A stretch of DNA of 64,000 nt from Octopus vulgaris (GCA_951406725.2 OX597823.1:78492001-78556000); one strand, 5' to 3'. Numbered from the stretch's first letter, positions 1 through 12,168 are shown. The notes: generated by a model from the sequence alone, not told the origin. A program made the numbers and translations.

Positions 1-601
1 GTGTGTCTTAAATATAAATAGATCCAGCATAGCTGAATGGTTTTGAAGCTCATTTCGCAGTCATGAGATCCAGGTTCAATCCTACTGTATGTCATTTTGG
101 ATAATTGTCTTTTATTGGGTATGACACATTGGGTATGAGACAGCCACTTGGCACCACATATTAAACATCACTGATCTGATGCTGACTTACTTGACAGTGT
201 AATCAGCCCAGTATGCTTCCTTATGGTTTCTACTTATGAAACTGAATTAAGGGAAACTACATGAAGCATGCTGAACAGATTATACTTCAATCCAAAAGAC
301 CCTATTTTGTCACACATGCACACTGTATTACAGTTATGCTACCTAAAGATTATGTGAAAGGTATACGTATCTGTGAAATAGTTAACAACTTAACCTACTT
401 TATCCCAATCTCTACAATTGTAGACCTTGCATGTTATTAACCACAGAGCAGGTTATTGTTAACTGATCAGCTTAAATAGTGTGATACACACATACAAGGG
501 TGGGCATACAAGCTACTGATGATGTTTGCATTCCAAGGGTGAATGACTATTTGTGGTATGTATCCTGCTATACACATACAAGCTTGCTTCAACCATACAC
601 A

Positions 602-1047
602 TAGGTGTGGTTGTGTGGTAAGAAGCTTGCTTTCCAGCCTCATAGTTCTGGGTTCAGTACCACTGCATGGCACCTTGGCCAAGTGTCTTCTTCTATAGTC
701 TTGGGCCGATCAAAGTCTTGTGAGTGAATTTGGTAGACGGAAACTGAAAGAAAGAAACCTGTTGTGTATGTGTGTGTGTGTGATGTGTATATGGGTGAGT
801 GTGCATGTGCGTCTGTGTATATGTGTTTGTGTGTGAGTGTGTGTGTGTTTGTGAGAGAAGGTCCCTCACCACTGCTTGACAACCAGTGTTGGTGTGTTTA
901 TATCACTCTAAGTTAGCAGTTTGGTAAAAAATATCGATAGAATTAGTACCAGGCTTAAAAAACAAAATACTGGGCTCAATTTTTTCGACTAAGATTCTTC
1001 CCCAGCATGGCCACAGTCTAACGACTCAAACAAGTAAAAGATAAAAG
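602..1047 (+). mobile_element. tRNA-derived SINE family A (CORE-like body, internal microsatellite, CR1-like tail)
   Basis: Pol III A-box TGGTTGTGTGG and B-box GGTTCAGTAC, then gcaccttggccaagtgtcttc (MIR/CORE-like), a (TG)n middle and tail ccagcatggccacagtc...aaacaagtaaaag. About 20 copies in the window. Confidence 0.85.
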
Positions 1048-1120
1048 AAATTCCAACTTGTATGGTACACTACAAAAGTAATTTTGAACAGTGAAAATGG
1101 AGAGCATATGACTATGTAAT

Positions 1121-1532
1121 CTTTACTCTTTTACTTGTTTCAGTCATTTGACTGCACCCATGCTGGAGCACCACCTTTAGTCAAGCAACTCGACCCCAGG
1201 ACTTATTCTTTGGAAGCCTAGTATTTATTCTATCGGTGTCTTTTGCTGAACTGCTAAGTTACGGGGACGTAAACACACCAGCATCTGTTGTCAAGCGACG
1301 TTGGGGAGACAAACACTGACACACAAACATACACACATACATATATATACACATATATACATATATACGACAGGCTTTTTTCAGTTTCCGTCTACCAAAT
1401 CCACTCACAAGGCTTTGGTTGGCCTGAGGCTATAGTAGAAGACACTTGCCCAAGGTGCCACGCATTGGGAATGAACCCAGAACCATGTAGTTGGTAAGCA
1501 AGCTACTTACCACACAGCCACTCCTGAGCCTA
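1121..1532 (-). mobile_element. SINE family A, full length
   Basis: Reverse-complement copy, highly similar to the copies at 3812, 5652 and 40538. Confidence 0.9.
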
Positions 1533-1740
1533 TGTGTGTGTACATATGTTTGTTTCTATGTATGTGCTTGTGTGTGTATATGTCTGTGCTCATGTTTTTT
1601 TTAGCCTGAGATCAGCCTAGATCAAGCAGACATGTGTTGAAGATATTTCAGCTGTGGCCATTCGATTTGTCTTCAGACATAGCTTATGAGAGATTACATT
1701 ATTGAATGTCTTTCATGTTTTTTTTTATATTCTTTTTATA

Positions 1741-1956
1741 AAAGACAGCGAGCTGGCTGAAACGTTAGCATATCGGGCGAAACGCTTACCGGTATTTTGT
1801 CTGTCTTTATGTTCTGAGTTCAAATTCTGCCGAGGTCAACTTTGCCTGTCATTCTTTTGGGATCAATAAATTAAGTACCAATTGTGTACTGCAGTTGATC
1901 TAATCGACTGGGCCCCCTCCCCCAAAATTTCGGGCTTGTGCCTAGAGTAGAAAAGA
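1741..1956 (+). mobile_element. tRNA-derived SINE family B (subfamily B1) with 14-bp target-site duplication
   Basis: Head gagctggctgaaacgttagc...gagttcaaattc; core gtcaactttgcctgtcattcttttgggatcaataaattaagtacc; TSD ATATTCTTTTTATA at 1727-1740 and 1957-1970. Confidence 0.85.
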
Positions 1957-2522
1957 ATATTCTTTTTATATATTCTGAAGGTATTACTGTATGATTTAAG
2001 AGATTTGGTTTCCATTTCTAGCAGTTTGCACAACCATGTAGAAGCCACCTTATTAGATCTGCAGTGCATGTGCGTGCATGAACTTATGCATGTGCATATG
2101 TGCATAGACTTATGCAAGCACGTATGTGTGCAAAGACTTGTGCAAGTGCATAAGTGTGCAAAGGAGATAATTGAAAACATGCTCTATTTGTATTAATTTT
2201 ATTATGTTTTTGCATTTTTTTATGTAAAATTTATAGATACCTGTACATTACGGAGAAATAGTGCATTTGTATATGTGTATGCATGATTGTGTTTGTGAAT
2301 ATAAATATACACAAACACACACACACACACATATATATACATACATTTATATATAAAAATTAGAAAAAAACACCTTTTATCAATTAAATTACACCATCTA
2401 GAAAATTACATATAACATAAATATCAAAATTAAAATAACAATATTATACCGATGATTAAGTAAATTGCAAAATAACAATAAAAACGTATTTCCCTCAAAT
2501 AATTATTATATACATACATATA

Positions 2523-2765
2523 TATTCTGTTATTCTGTTATGTGTTTTAGCCCTAAGGCTGTGGCCATGCAGGGCCACTGCCAGTGTAATCACTCTTTAA
2601 TTAGCTAATTCTATGTGATTGGCTTTTGGTGAAGGTAGGAGTTCAACACTGCTGCCCTCTTTTGAGTTTCCTGTCTAGATATTGGTTCATCTGGGCTCTT
2701 GAACAGCAAGTGGTCTAGTCATTTCTTGAAAACATCACCCACACTCCATGGAGATCTGAGGCGCA
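2523..2765 (-). mobile_element. 3' end of a CR1-clade LINE (ORF2 C-terminus and 3' UTR), degraded
   Basis: Minus strand reads FKK*LDHLLFKSPDEPISRQETQKRAAVLNSYLHQ, matching the invertebrate CR1 pattern FK..LD..L...PDEP......RAA..NS. Tail ggcagtggccctgcatggccacagccttagggctaaaac plus (taacagaa)2. Confidence 0.65.
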
Positions 2766-3811
2766 GTTTGTCTTTTGACTTACTTCGCGCCAATGTGTAA
2801 GCCAACCAATCACGGCCTTCAGATAAGGTCTCGTGACACTGTTTTTCTTATGCTTCATTTGAGCCACCTTAACCCTATAAAAAGGCGAGATCAACAGACT
2901 ATTATTGGTGCGCCAAATGCCAACCAATCAGAGCAGTGGACACAACAGGGTGAAACTAACCAAAGATGGTTGTTATCTACCACGAGATCATTTCTAATAT
3001 GTCTCTCAAACAGTGAGGATATCAGCTACACTACAGTATTTTATATCAGAGTTTAAATCCTACTGAAATCAACTTTGCTTCTTATCCGACTTAGAGTTGC
3101 TAAAATAAATATACCAGTTTAGTACTGAGGGGTTAATTTAATTGACTGCACCCACCACTCCCTCTGAAACAAGGAAAATATATATATGGCCTATTGTTAG
3201 AAATATGTGTGCCTATGTTATAAATCGATATTATGTGTTCACTGTACAGTATTCAAATTTCATTGACATCTAATACTTCCCCTTTGGTATATTTACAGAC
3301 AGTTTCTCTTCATACTGCATTGATATATATATATTGATATATGGTCCCAGTGTTCTCGTAGATCAAGCGAAATGTAATAGCTGATAGCTTGGACAAATAA
3401 GGCTTTGAGGAATACATATGTACATTCACTAACCATTAACTTTTAATTAAACTGATTTTTTATGGAGTCTTAGAAGCCACGTTGCTGTTGATGTTGCTGC
3501 TGAAAAGCAAATATATGGATTTTGCTTACACATAAACATGTGAATTTTTGGTTTTTACAAATATTTACTTCTGTTCAAACATGGTAGAAAGCCAAAGATG
3601 TCAGATGAGAGTACTGTCATTTCAGCTGCTTGTATCCAGCAGCCATTACTGACTTATATCACTTAACTCTGCATAGTTCACTTTATCTGGCTATGTTGTT
3701 GGTATAAAAAGTTGGATCATTGCTGCTGTTCTTGTTTAACCTCAGCTCAGCCCTCATCAAGCATCTCTATAATAAAAGGTGATCTAGTGTGAATGCCTTA
3801 TTTTTGAAATC

Positions 3812-4234
3812 TCTTTTACTCTTTTACCCTTTTACTTGTTTCAGTCATTTGGCTGCGCCCATGCTGGAGCACCGCCTTTAGTCGAGCAAATCGACCCCAG
3901 GACTTATTCTTTGTAAGCCTAGTACTTATTCTATCGGTCTCTTTTGCTGAACCACTAAGTTACAGGGACATAAACACACCACCATCGGGTGTCAAGCGAT
4001 GTTGGGTGGGGGACAAACAAAGACACACAAACACTCACACACACACATATGTATACATATATATATTTAGGACAGGCTTCTTTCAGTTTCCGTCAACAAA
4101 ATCCACTCACAAAGCTTTGGTAAGTCGGAGGCTATAGTAGAAGACACTTGCCCAAGGTGCCACGCAGTGGGACTGAACCCGGAACCATATAGTTGGTAAG
4201 CAAGCTACTTACCACACAGCCACTCCTATGCCTA
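3812..4234 (-). mobile_element. SINE family A, full length
   Basis: Same head, body and tail as the other family A copies. Confidence 0.9.
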
Positions 4235-4550
4235 TCTAAAACTACATCACTCAAAATACCTTTTCTTTTTTACATGTAGAATGTTATATAAGAAAAATTA
4301 TCCATAGAGACACCATCTACAGACAGGGAAGATAATAGACGAATGCTAGCTATGGTATTTAATATAGTTACCATTGTCATCTTTTCTATATTTGCTGGTA
4401 TAAAAAAATGTATGGGCATATTAAATGCATCACTATTTTAGCAGTATATATTCAGGATAAATTGTTTTAGTAAGTTAATGCATGTAATATATAGGCCAAA
4501 CTTCACATATAAGACCCAGGCTGATTTGTTTTAAAAGTGTGACTTATATG

Positions 4551-5236
4551 CAGGGCGAGATGAAGACCTCCTGAGGTCCTAAGCATTCAAAAGATCTTGA
4601 TGCCTTCATATATATATATATATTTCAAAGAAAAAAATTTTTTAAATAGTATAATACAATAGTATTGCTATCCAGTAAAACAAAGCACCATAAGGTTAAA
4701 GTATAACTATAGAATAGTGGTACAATAATGCACCAATATTTACTGGAAATAACTGTCGATAATATACAATGGTGTATATACGTGTGTGTGTGTAAAAAGT
4801 AAAGAGTCAAAAGGAAGAGTAAGTAGAGTTAGGCAGCTTTTTAATATGTATATGTATGTATGTAATTCAAAATATAAACAATAATAAACCATAAAATAAA
4901 ATTTTATTTTTCAAAATGAAACAAAACTAGTAGTAAGATGAAAACTAATATTTCTTTTGGTTTATATTTATTTATATTTATTTATATTTGAAAAGTTTTT
5001 TCCAAGTTTTTTTTTAATTGCAAAGTCTTTGAGCAGATCCTCACAATGATGTCACAAACACTTCAGAATTATACTTCCGATCGTATAAACCACTTTTAGT
5101 ATTATATAAAACAAGTTTAAAGTGATTTCTTTAGTGCTGTAGGCCATTTACCATTTCTATGGTGCCCCCACCCCCACCCGTATCCCATGATGTCCTAAGC
5201 ACATGCTTATTTTGCCTTATGGTTAATCCAGTACTG
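4551..5236 (-). mobile_element. Non-autonomous hAT DNA transposon with 8-bp TSD
   Basis: Termini CAGGGCGAGATGAAGACC ... GGTTAATCCAGTACTG; perfect TSD CTTATATG at 4543-4550 and 5237-5244; minus-strand transposase C-terminal remnant EDLLKDFAIK near 5010-5045. Confidence 0.85.
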
Positions 5237-5651
5237 CTTATATGATATTCAGTATCCACTTTTCCATACTATTCTGGTGTGGGGTTGGATGGGTTTTCTG
5301 AGTTCTTGCTTTATGACCAGATGTCTTTCATATCATTAGCCCTTTTAGTCACTTAATAACATGCAGATACACAGGGTACTTATAAAACCAAGGTACAGGT
5401 CATGTTAAACCATATTTGATATGTGAGAGAAATATAGACTTAGTTACAAACTTAATCAAATCTAAACAAAGAAATGTTGTGACTATTAGACTGCTAGTAT
5501 ACTAAGTGTAGTAACTGCACTGGATAATATATGGGGAAGAAACTTACTCTGCTCTGCATGCACATGGGAGCACTCATGTGTGTGTATTAATTAACATCAA
5601 CACTAATTAGAAATATTTATGTGATAAGGAAAAAAATATTAGCTTCAAGTC

Positions 5652-6036
5652 TCTTTTTTTTTTTACTTGTTCCAGTCATTTGACTGTGGCCATACTGGAA
5701 CACCGCCTTTAGTCAAGCAAATCGACCCCAGGGCTTATTCTTTGTAAGCCTAGTACTTATTTTATCAGTGTCTTTTGCCAAACCGCTAAGTTACGGAGGA
5801 TGTAAACACACCAGCATCGGTTGTCAAGCGATGTTGGAGGTGGCAAACACACACACACACATATATATATACGATGGGTTTCTTTCAGTTTCCGTCTACC
5901 AAATCCACTCACAAGGCTTTGGTCGGCCCGAGGCAATAGTAGAGAACACTTGCGCAAGGTGCCATGCAGTGGGACTGAACCCGGAACCATGTGGTTGGTA
6001 AGCAAGCTACTTACCACACAGCCACTCCTATGCCTA
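5652..6036 (-). mobile_element. SINE family A, full length
   Basis: High similarity to the other family A copies. Confidence 0.9.
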
Positions 6037-6342
6037 ATTGTATTTTAATTATGTTTGTAAATATGGGAGACAAGTGAAAGCATGTTTCAGGTTTATTAAA
6101 CCTTGTTTATATTTGACAGCAAGCTGCATATACACACACAATATTCATCGTAGCCATGATCATGATCAGGATCACAGCATCATTTTCAACTTACATTTGT
6201 TGTTACCATACAGTTACAAGTTGAACAGACTCGTAGCATATCAATAAAAATGCTTCTCGGTCTTCTACTTTTATGTCTACAAAGCTCTCAACTTTCAGAA
6301 AGTGATTCAATCTCTCTCCAACCTCCTCCCTTTCCCCCTTCA

Positions 6343-6344
<2 letters not shown>

Positions 6345-6386
<42 letters not shown>

Positions 6387-6460
6387 CATGTGTGTATGTG
6401 TGTATATATGTATGTGTGTGTATGTATAAATACATATATATATGTATATGAATATATATA

Positions 6461-6552
<92 letters not shown>

Positions 6553-6681
6553 TATATGTATATGAATATATATATGTATATATGAAAATATATATATATA
6601 TATATTTTATATATATATATAGATTATGAATATATATATATATATGTATATATGAAAATATATATATAAATATATATGCAC

Positions 6682-6718
<37 letters not shown>

Positions 6719-6882
6719 TGTATATATGAATATATATATATGTATATATGAATATATATATGTATATATGAATATAAATATGTATATATAAATATATGTG
6801 AGTGTGTGTGTATATATATATATTTGTATATATATATATATACAAATATATATACATGTATATATACATACACGCACACACA

Positions 6883-6928
<46 letters not shown>

Positions 6929-7000
6929 AGTGTGTGTGTGTGTGTATATATATGTATGAACATATATATATATATATGCATGTATGTATCTATGCATATC
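6345..7000. repeat. Compound (TA)n/(TG)n microsatellite
   Basis: Directly visible; source of several YIYI pseudo-ORFs. Confidence 0.95.
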
Positions 7001-7482
7001 CATCTATCTAACTCTCACTCTTTCTCTCTCCCTTTCTCTCCCAACAAACAATGAAGTGATTTGCCTGGCAGAACATCACTAGTCTCCTTTGACTCTACTG
7101 TCTTAATACTTACTTTGATCATGGGTCTGCTTGATCAGAGCTGACCTGCAGCTGAACACTTACAACAACAACAACAACAACAACAATCATATATAAATTA
7201 CAAGACAGATTTTGTTATTGCTCCCAGCATGTCTTGTCGAGAGACACATGCAGCACTAGATTCTTGACTAAGAGCTAATCTACTTTGACACACACACACA
7301 CACTTACTGAGCTAATGTGAGATCCTCTATGAACTGACTTAGATTGCTAGAAATAGCAGCCAGATCTCCTTTAGATCACATTTTACTGTATTATCAAAGA
7401 AAGGATATAATTACAATTGATAATTTAGCCTTAGAATTAAAAAAAAATGAATGAGCCTGAAAAAATGATACACAGGATGTGA

Positions 7483-7770
7483 TTGTTACCAGCATCGCCT
7501 TACTGGCACTTGTGCTGGTGGCACGTGAAAAAACATTTGAACGAGGTCATTGCCAGTACTGCCTGGCTGGCCCTCTAGCCGGTGGCACATAAAAACACCC
7601 ACTACACTCTCAGAGTGGTTGGCGTTAGGAAGGGTATCCAGCTGTAGAAACTCTGCCAGATCAAGATTGGAGCCAGGTGCAGCCATCTGGTTCGCCAGTC
7701 CTCAGTCAAATCGTCCAACCCATGCCAGCTTGGAAAATGGACGTTAAACGATCTTGATGATGATCATGAT
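7483..7770 (+). mobile_element. 5'-truncated RTE-type LINE 3' tail (family C) ending in (GAT)n
   Basis: Internal units gtgcyggtggcacrtaaaa, then gagtggttggcgttaggaagggtatccagctgtagaaac...ccaacccatgccagc...ggacgttaaacgat. It interrupts a family E repeat (7330-7480 and 7770-7835). Confidence 0.75.
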
Positions 7771-8916
7771 CATGAATGGAACACATTTATCTTCAGGTCT
7801 GTTTGATCAAGACTGACCAAGTGTTGCACAACATCAATAACACATGTTTGAATATATTATTAACGGAATATAAAGTATGTAAATGTAAATAATATAATTC
7901 AAGAAAAGCTTATGTACATAAGTGAAAGAACATTCTTAATCAAAACTATTAATCTAGTTTTAATCATGTTTGAATTATGAAAGTGTTTCATAGAAAGTTA
8001 AGAACATTGTTACACAATTAAATCAAATTAATTTCTCCTCTCTTGTGTCTGGCTGATTATAACGTGAATGTTGATAATTTAGTAAACGATATCATCATCT
8101 TATTTGTGAATGCTAGTTTGATCTCTATCTATTGTTGTAGATTATCTTTCTTTGTTCTGCCCAGTGAGGTAGAGAAACATATATCATTATCAACTCCAAA
8201 CAACTCTATTTACAATCAGCAAGGAATCTTGAATAATTTACACCTATGCTAAATCTTAACAGGTAATGAAAGTAAATAAATAAGTAAATAAATAATAAAC
8301 TGAATGCAAACCAAGTCTAGTGCACAGTTTTAAATCATTTTCTGGGTCAAAACATTTCATTAATTAAAAAGAAAATAAAGACTTGTTAGTGCACTTTTTT
8401 TTAATTACTAGACTTAGATACAAAGTTGAACAATTAACACTGTTATTTTATTTTAAGTTGAAATTAGCAATTACAAATTGATGAATATTTTTAATTAGAG
8501 TACCTAATCGTTGAAAACAGATAAAAGAATTTCATTATATTAAATTCAGTTTATCACATTATTTTATTTTATTTTATATATTTATAGGTTTTAAATATTT
8601 CAAAATAGATTAATTAGTTTACAATTAATATCTTCAAAAGAAGTGTCACAAAAAAAAAAAAGAAAAAATATGGAAGTGAAGCAAAATATTAATAACCATG
8701 CTAAAAATGAATTGGTAAGTTACATGAATGTAAGAAATTCTTGCAAATACAAATCTTTAATATATTACATAAGCCACAGGTCATAAATATCTTTTGCTTC
8801 AAGATCAAGGCAGTTATGAATAATAGAATTAAGCAGCTATATTGATTGAACAGGAAAATTTATTAGATTAGCAAACAATATTCTGTAATTATGTATAACA
8901 CTTACACATGCCTGCA

Positions 8917-8971
<55 letters not shown>

Positions 8972-9577
8972 TATTTTTGTTGTTGTTTTTTGTTATTATA
9001 TATGCCAAATGCAAGTGTAATCATTTGGCATTATCCAGCAGTTGTATAAATGCTAAGATATCTAGTAAGTATTTTTTTATTTTATTATGTGATTTTTACA
9101 CTTTGATGGACATGTTATTAATACAAATATATTTTTATCATCTTCAATCGTCACAGTTTGCCTGTGTGCATGTGAGTGTGTGTATGTGCAATCACCTAGC
9201 AGAGATTTAATGCAAGGGAGATAATAATTTCTTTGTAAAATCTGGCAGTATTTGAAATTAGGAAATAATGAAAATTAGACATAAAATATATAAACTTTAT
9301 TTTAATTTATTTTTTGCTTACTCATAACAAAGTTTATAAAATTGATATTCAATAGTGATCATATACAGCTCAATTTCATTTCTGTTAGAAATTGTCAGCA
9401 TGACATTAACCTGAGATATATAGATTAAACATTTTATGAAATGAGATGTTTCATATTGATGGAAAACAATTACAGCCTGCAAGAAATACATGAAATTTGT
9501 ATTTTACTTTATTCTTTTCATTCATAATGCTTGGTTTTGCAATTGTGTGAGAAGAGAAAGGGAGAGTTCATAATGCC

Positions 9578-9609
<32 letters not shown>

Positions 9610-9759
9610 TGTATGTATGTATGTATGTATGTATGTATGTATGTATGTATGTATGTTTGTATGTATGTTTGTATGTATGAATGTATGTATGTTTGTATGT
9701 ATGTATGTGTGTATGTATGTATGTATATATGTGTGTATGTCTCTTCTATTTTTTAATTA

Positions 9760-10330
9760 TTATAAATCTTGCACTGAAGAGGGAGCCAGTTTCCAACAAA
9801 GATACAAAGCTCCATCTTTGGGATGTAGTTAACACAGACAAATTTACATTTGAAACTTGAGAAAAGTCTTACATATTTTTACTGTTCCACTCACAGATTG
9901 CACTTGTAATGTATGAATTAGCTGGTCAATTTCTCTTTCTGAAAATACCAGTTTATCCAGATTCTCTTTTAAGCATTTACTTAGAAAACCTAGTGCTCCA
10001 ATTATTATTGGTATGAATATGAATTCATAGTCTGGATATAGAAGCTGGAGGTTTCAAAGCAGTTGTCCATAGATATCCTGTTTTCCTTTGATTTTCAAAG
10101 ATATATTTATATCTGCAGGGCAGCTAAACTGTATAATGGTATGTCCCTCTGTCCCAAACAACAATAACTGGCCTGTTATGCTTACATTTAACAGAAGTCT
10201 TGATGGGAATATTCCACCAGTATTCCTTGAGTTGGGGTTTATGAATGTATTCCATAACAGAAGGATTTTCTCTTTATTTCAGGACAGTCTATTTTTGCGG
10301 ATGGCATTGTAAATTGTTTTAGCAACATAT
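9760..10330 (-). mobile_element. 3' fragment of a restriction-like-endonuclease non-LTR retrotransposon (R4/Dong-like), pseudogenised
   Basis: Minus-strand translation with frameshifts: VAKTIYNAIRK...KEYWWNIPIKTSVKCKHNRPVIVVWD.../IIQFSCPADINISLKIKGKQDIYGQLL*NLQLLYPDYEFIFIPIIIGALG...KICKTFLKFQM*. This is the degenerate RPD..E..K..Y..GALG layout of the REL domain. Confidence 0.8.
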
Positions 10331-10753
10331 CTGTGTGTGTATGTATATATGTATCACAGACACACCTATTGATTTTTAGCACATGAACATTCATTTATTC
10401 AATCAACTTTGAATGAACTTGCTGAATAAGTATGTGAGGTGATTGAATATTACAAAGATACTTGTACTCTGAAATTCATTCTCACCTAGAACCAACACAG
10501 CACGTTGTAATGAGGCTGATCACTTGTATTTCAAGTACCGTTTGTCCAAAGTGTTACTACCATTTCTATCAATCCAATTCATCCATGAAGCTTAGTCTGA
10601 TATGGGGTTATGGTAAAGACATTTGCTCAAAACTGAGACCTTTACACTCTTCATACCAACCCACCTGAGACCACCCCTGATTCTAGGACACAAACATCCT
10701 GTTTTAAAGCAATCTAAATTAAAACTTCCCATCAAAATTTCATGCTAATATAT

Positions 10754-10983
10754 ATTTCTTTACTACCCACAAGGGGCTAAACACAGAGGGGACAAACAAG
10801 TACAGACAAATGGATTAAGTCGATTATATCGACCCCAGAGCATCACTGGTACTTAATTTATCGACCCCGAAAGGATGAAAGGTAAAGTCGACCTCGGTGG
10901 AATTTGAACTCAGAATGCAGTGGCAGACGAAATACCACAAAGCATTTCGCCCAGCGTGCTAACATTTCTGCCAGCTTGCTGCC
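10754..10983 (-). mobile_element. SINE family B (subfamily B2) with 16-bp TSD
   Basis: TSD TTTCATGCTAATATAT at 10738-10753 and 10984-10999; near-identical copy at 33601-33833. Confidence 0.9.
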
Positions 10984-11670
10984 TTTCATGCTAATATATG
11001 TTTCAAACACCAGCTTTACTTTGAGAAAAGTTTTTTCATTAAATTCTTCATCATTTTCGAAATAAATTGCAACAATGTATTTCAGCAGAAATTATATAAC
11101 AAAAGAATTACAGTTGCCAAGCAAAATTCTTAACCACTAGGCTTTACTTATATTCATATACAGATCAGTGTCATGGCTGCATTGGGACAATGTTTTCTAT
11201 AACTGGATGTCCCACTTGTTTCCAAACAAGATAATAATTTCCCCATCTATTATACAAACAGTTTAGACATGTTTACTCGTAGAACTAGGAACAAACAACA
11301 TTGTATGAATAAGCTTTTTGTTTATAAATGTCACAAAACATATCAAGACAAGTCCAGAAGTTTGGATATGCTTTTGTAGTGGACTGCAAACAAATGATGC
11401 CATCTGACGCCTTCACCAAGCCATTGTTTACAACTAGTAAACATATGTGAAGATGAGGAAACTACAAACTCACACAACACAAACACTCATATAAATATGT
11501 ATGCCTATATATATACATAATAATAATATTAGGGAGTAAATCCAAACTTACAGGGAAAAATTAGATTTAGGATTAAATCTAATTTCATAGTATAAATTTA
11601 TATTATATTAAATTAAAAATTTTTTTTCAATTAAAAATTATGAATAAATAAATAAAATAAAATAATAATA

Positions 11671-11768
<98 letters not shown>

Positions 11769-11981
11769 TTAAAATTTATAAGTTCAAATTATTTAAATAA
11801 TTTTTTAAATTTTAACTTTAATTTACATATTTTAATTTGGAATTTTATATTTTTTATATTTTATATTTTATATTTTTTTAATTAATTTTATTTCTATGTA
11901 TTTGCTTATGATTTTCACTGTTTGATTTGCCTAATAGTGGTTTTATCTCTAATTTAATATAATATGTATATACATATATAT

Positions 11982-12168
11982 ATTATGCTTTACCAAGAAT
12001 AGTACAATACTACTGACAGGGATATCGAAGTTTTGGACAGTTTGATGATGCCTTAGCTGGTTGAAACTCCAAAGTTACTGTCAATACTATTATTGGTAAA
12101 GAATAATGAATTTGTACTCTACCAAATGTAAATTTAATTTATCATAACATAAAAACAAACATTAATAT
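11982..12168 (+). mobile_element. (TA)n-embedded insert with a degenerate type I hammerhead (12036-12082), probable Penelope-like pLTR remnant
   Basis: GACAGT-tTGATGA-tgccttagctggtt-GAAA-CT-ccaa-AG-TT-ACTGTC. Stems I and III are intact, core C3 is mutated and stem II is weak. Flanks pair (ctttaccaagaatagta / tactattattggtaaag). Confidence 0.5.

Noticed and set aside
1288-1497. Recurrent ORF family with SVSVYQIHSQGFG.PEAIVEDTCPRCH (also 640, 5768, 17551, 34516, 40716, 52362)
   Set aside because: Antisense reading of SINE family A; similarity reflects repeat copies, and frames and starts are inconsistent.
6384-7054. Many ORFs rich in [12 protein letters not shown] or HTHT (also at 12.3, 14.5, 22.7, 27, 29.4, 35.8, 36.9, 45, 55.4 and 56.4 kb)
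   Set aside because: Translations of (TA)n, (TG)n and (TATG)n microsatellites, which lack stop codons.
7550-7747. Recurrent ORF with [16 protein letters not shown] (also 41557, 49253, 51130, 57483)
   Set aside because: Translation of the non-coding family C RTE tail; the frame is not preserved among copies.
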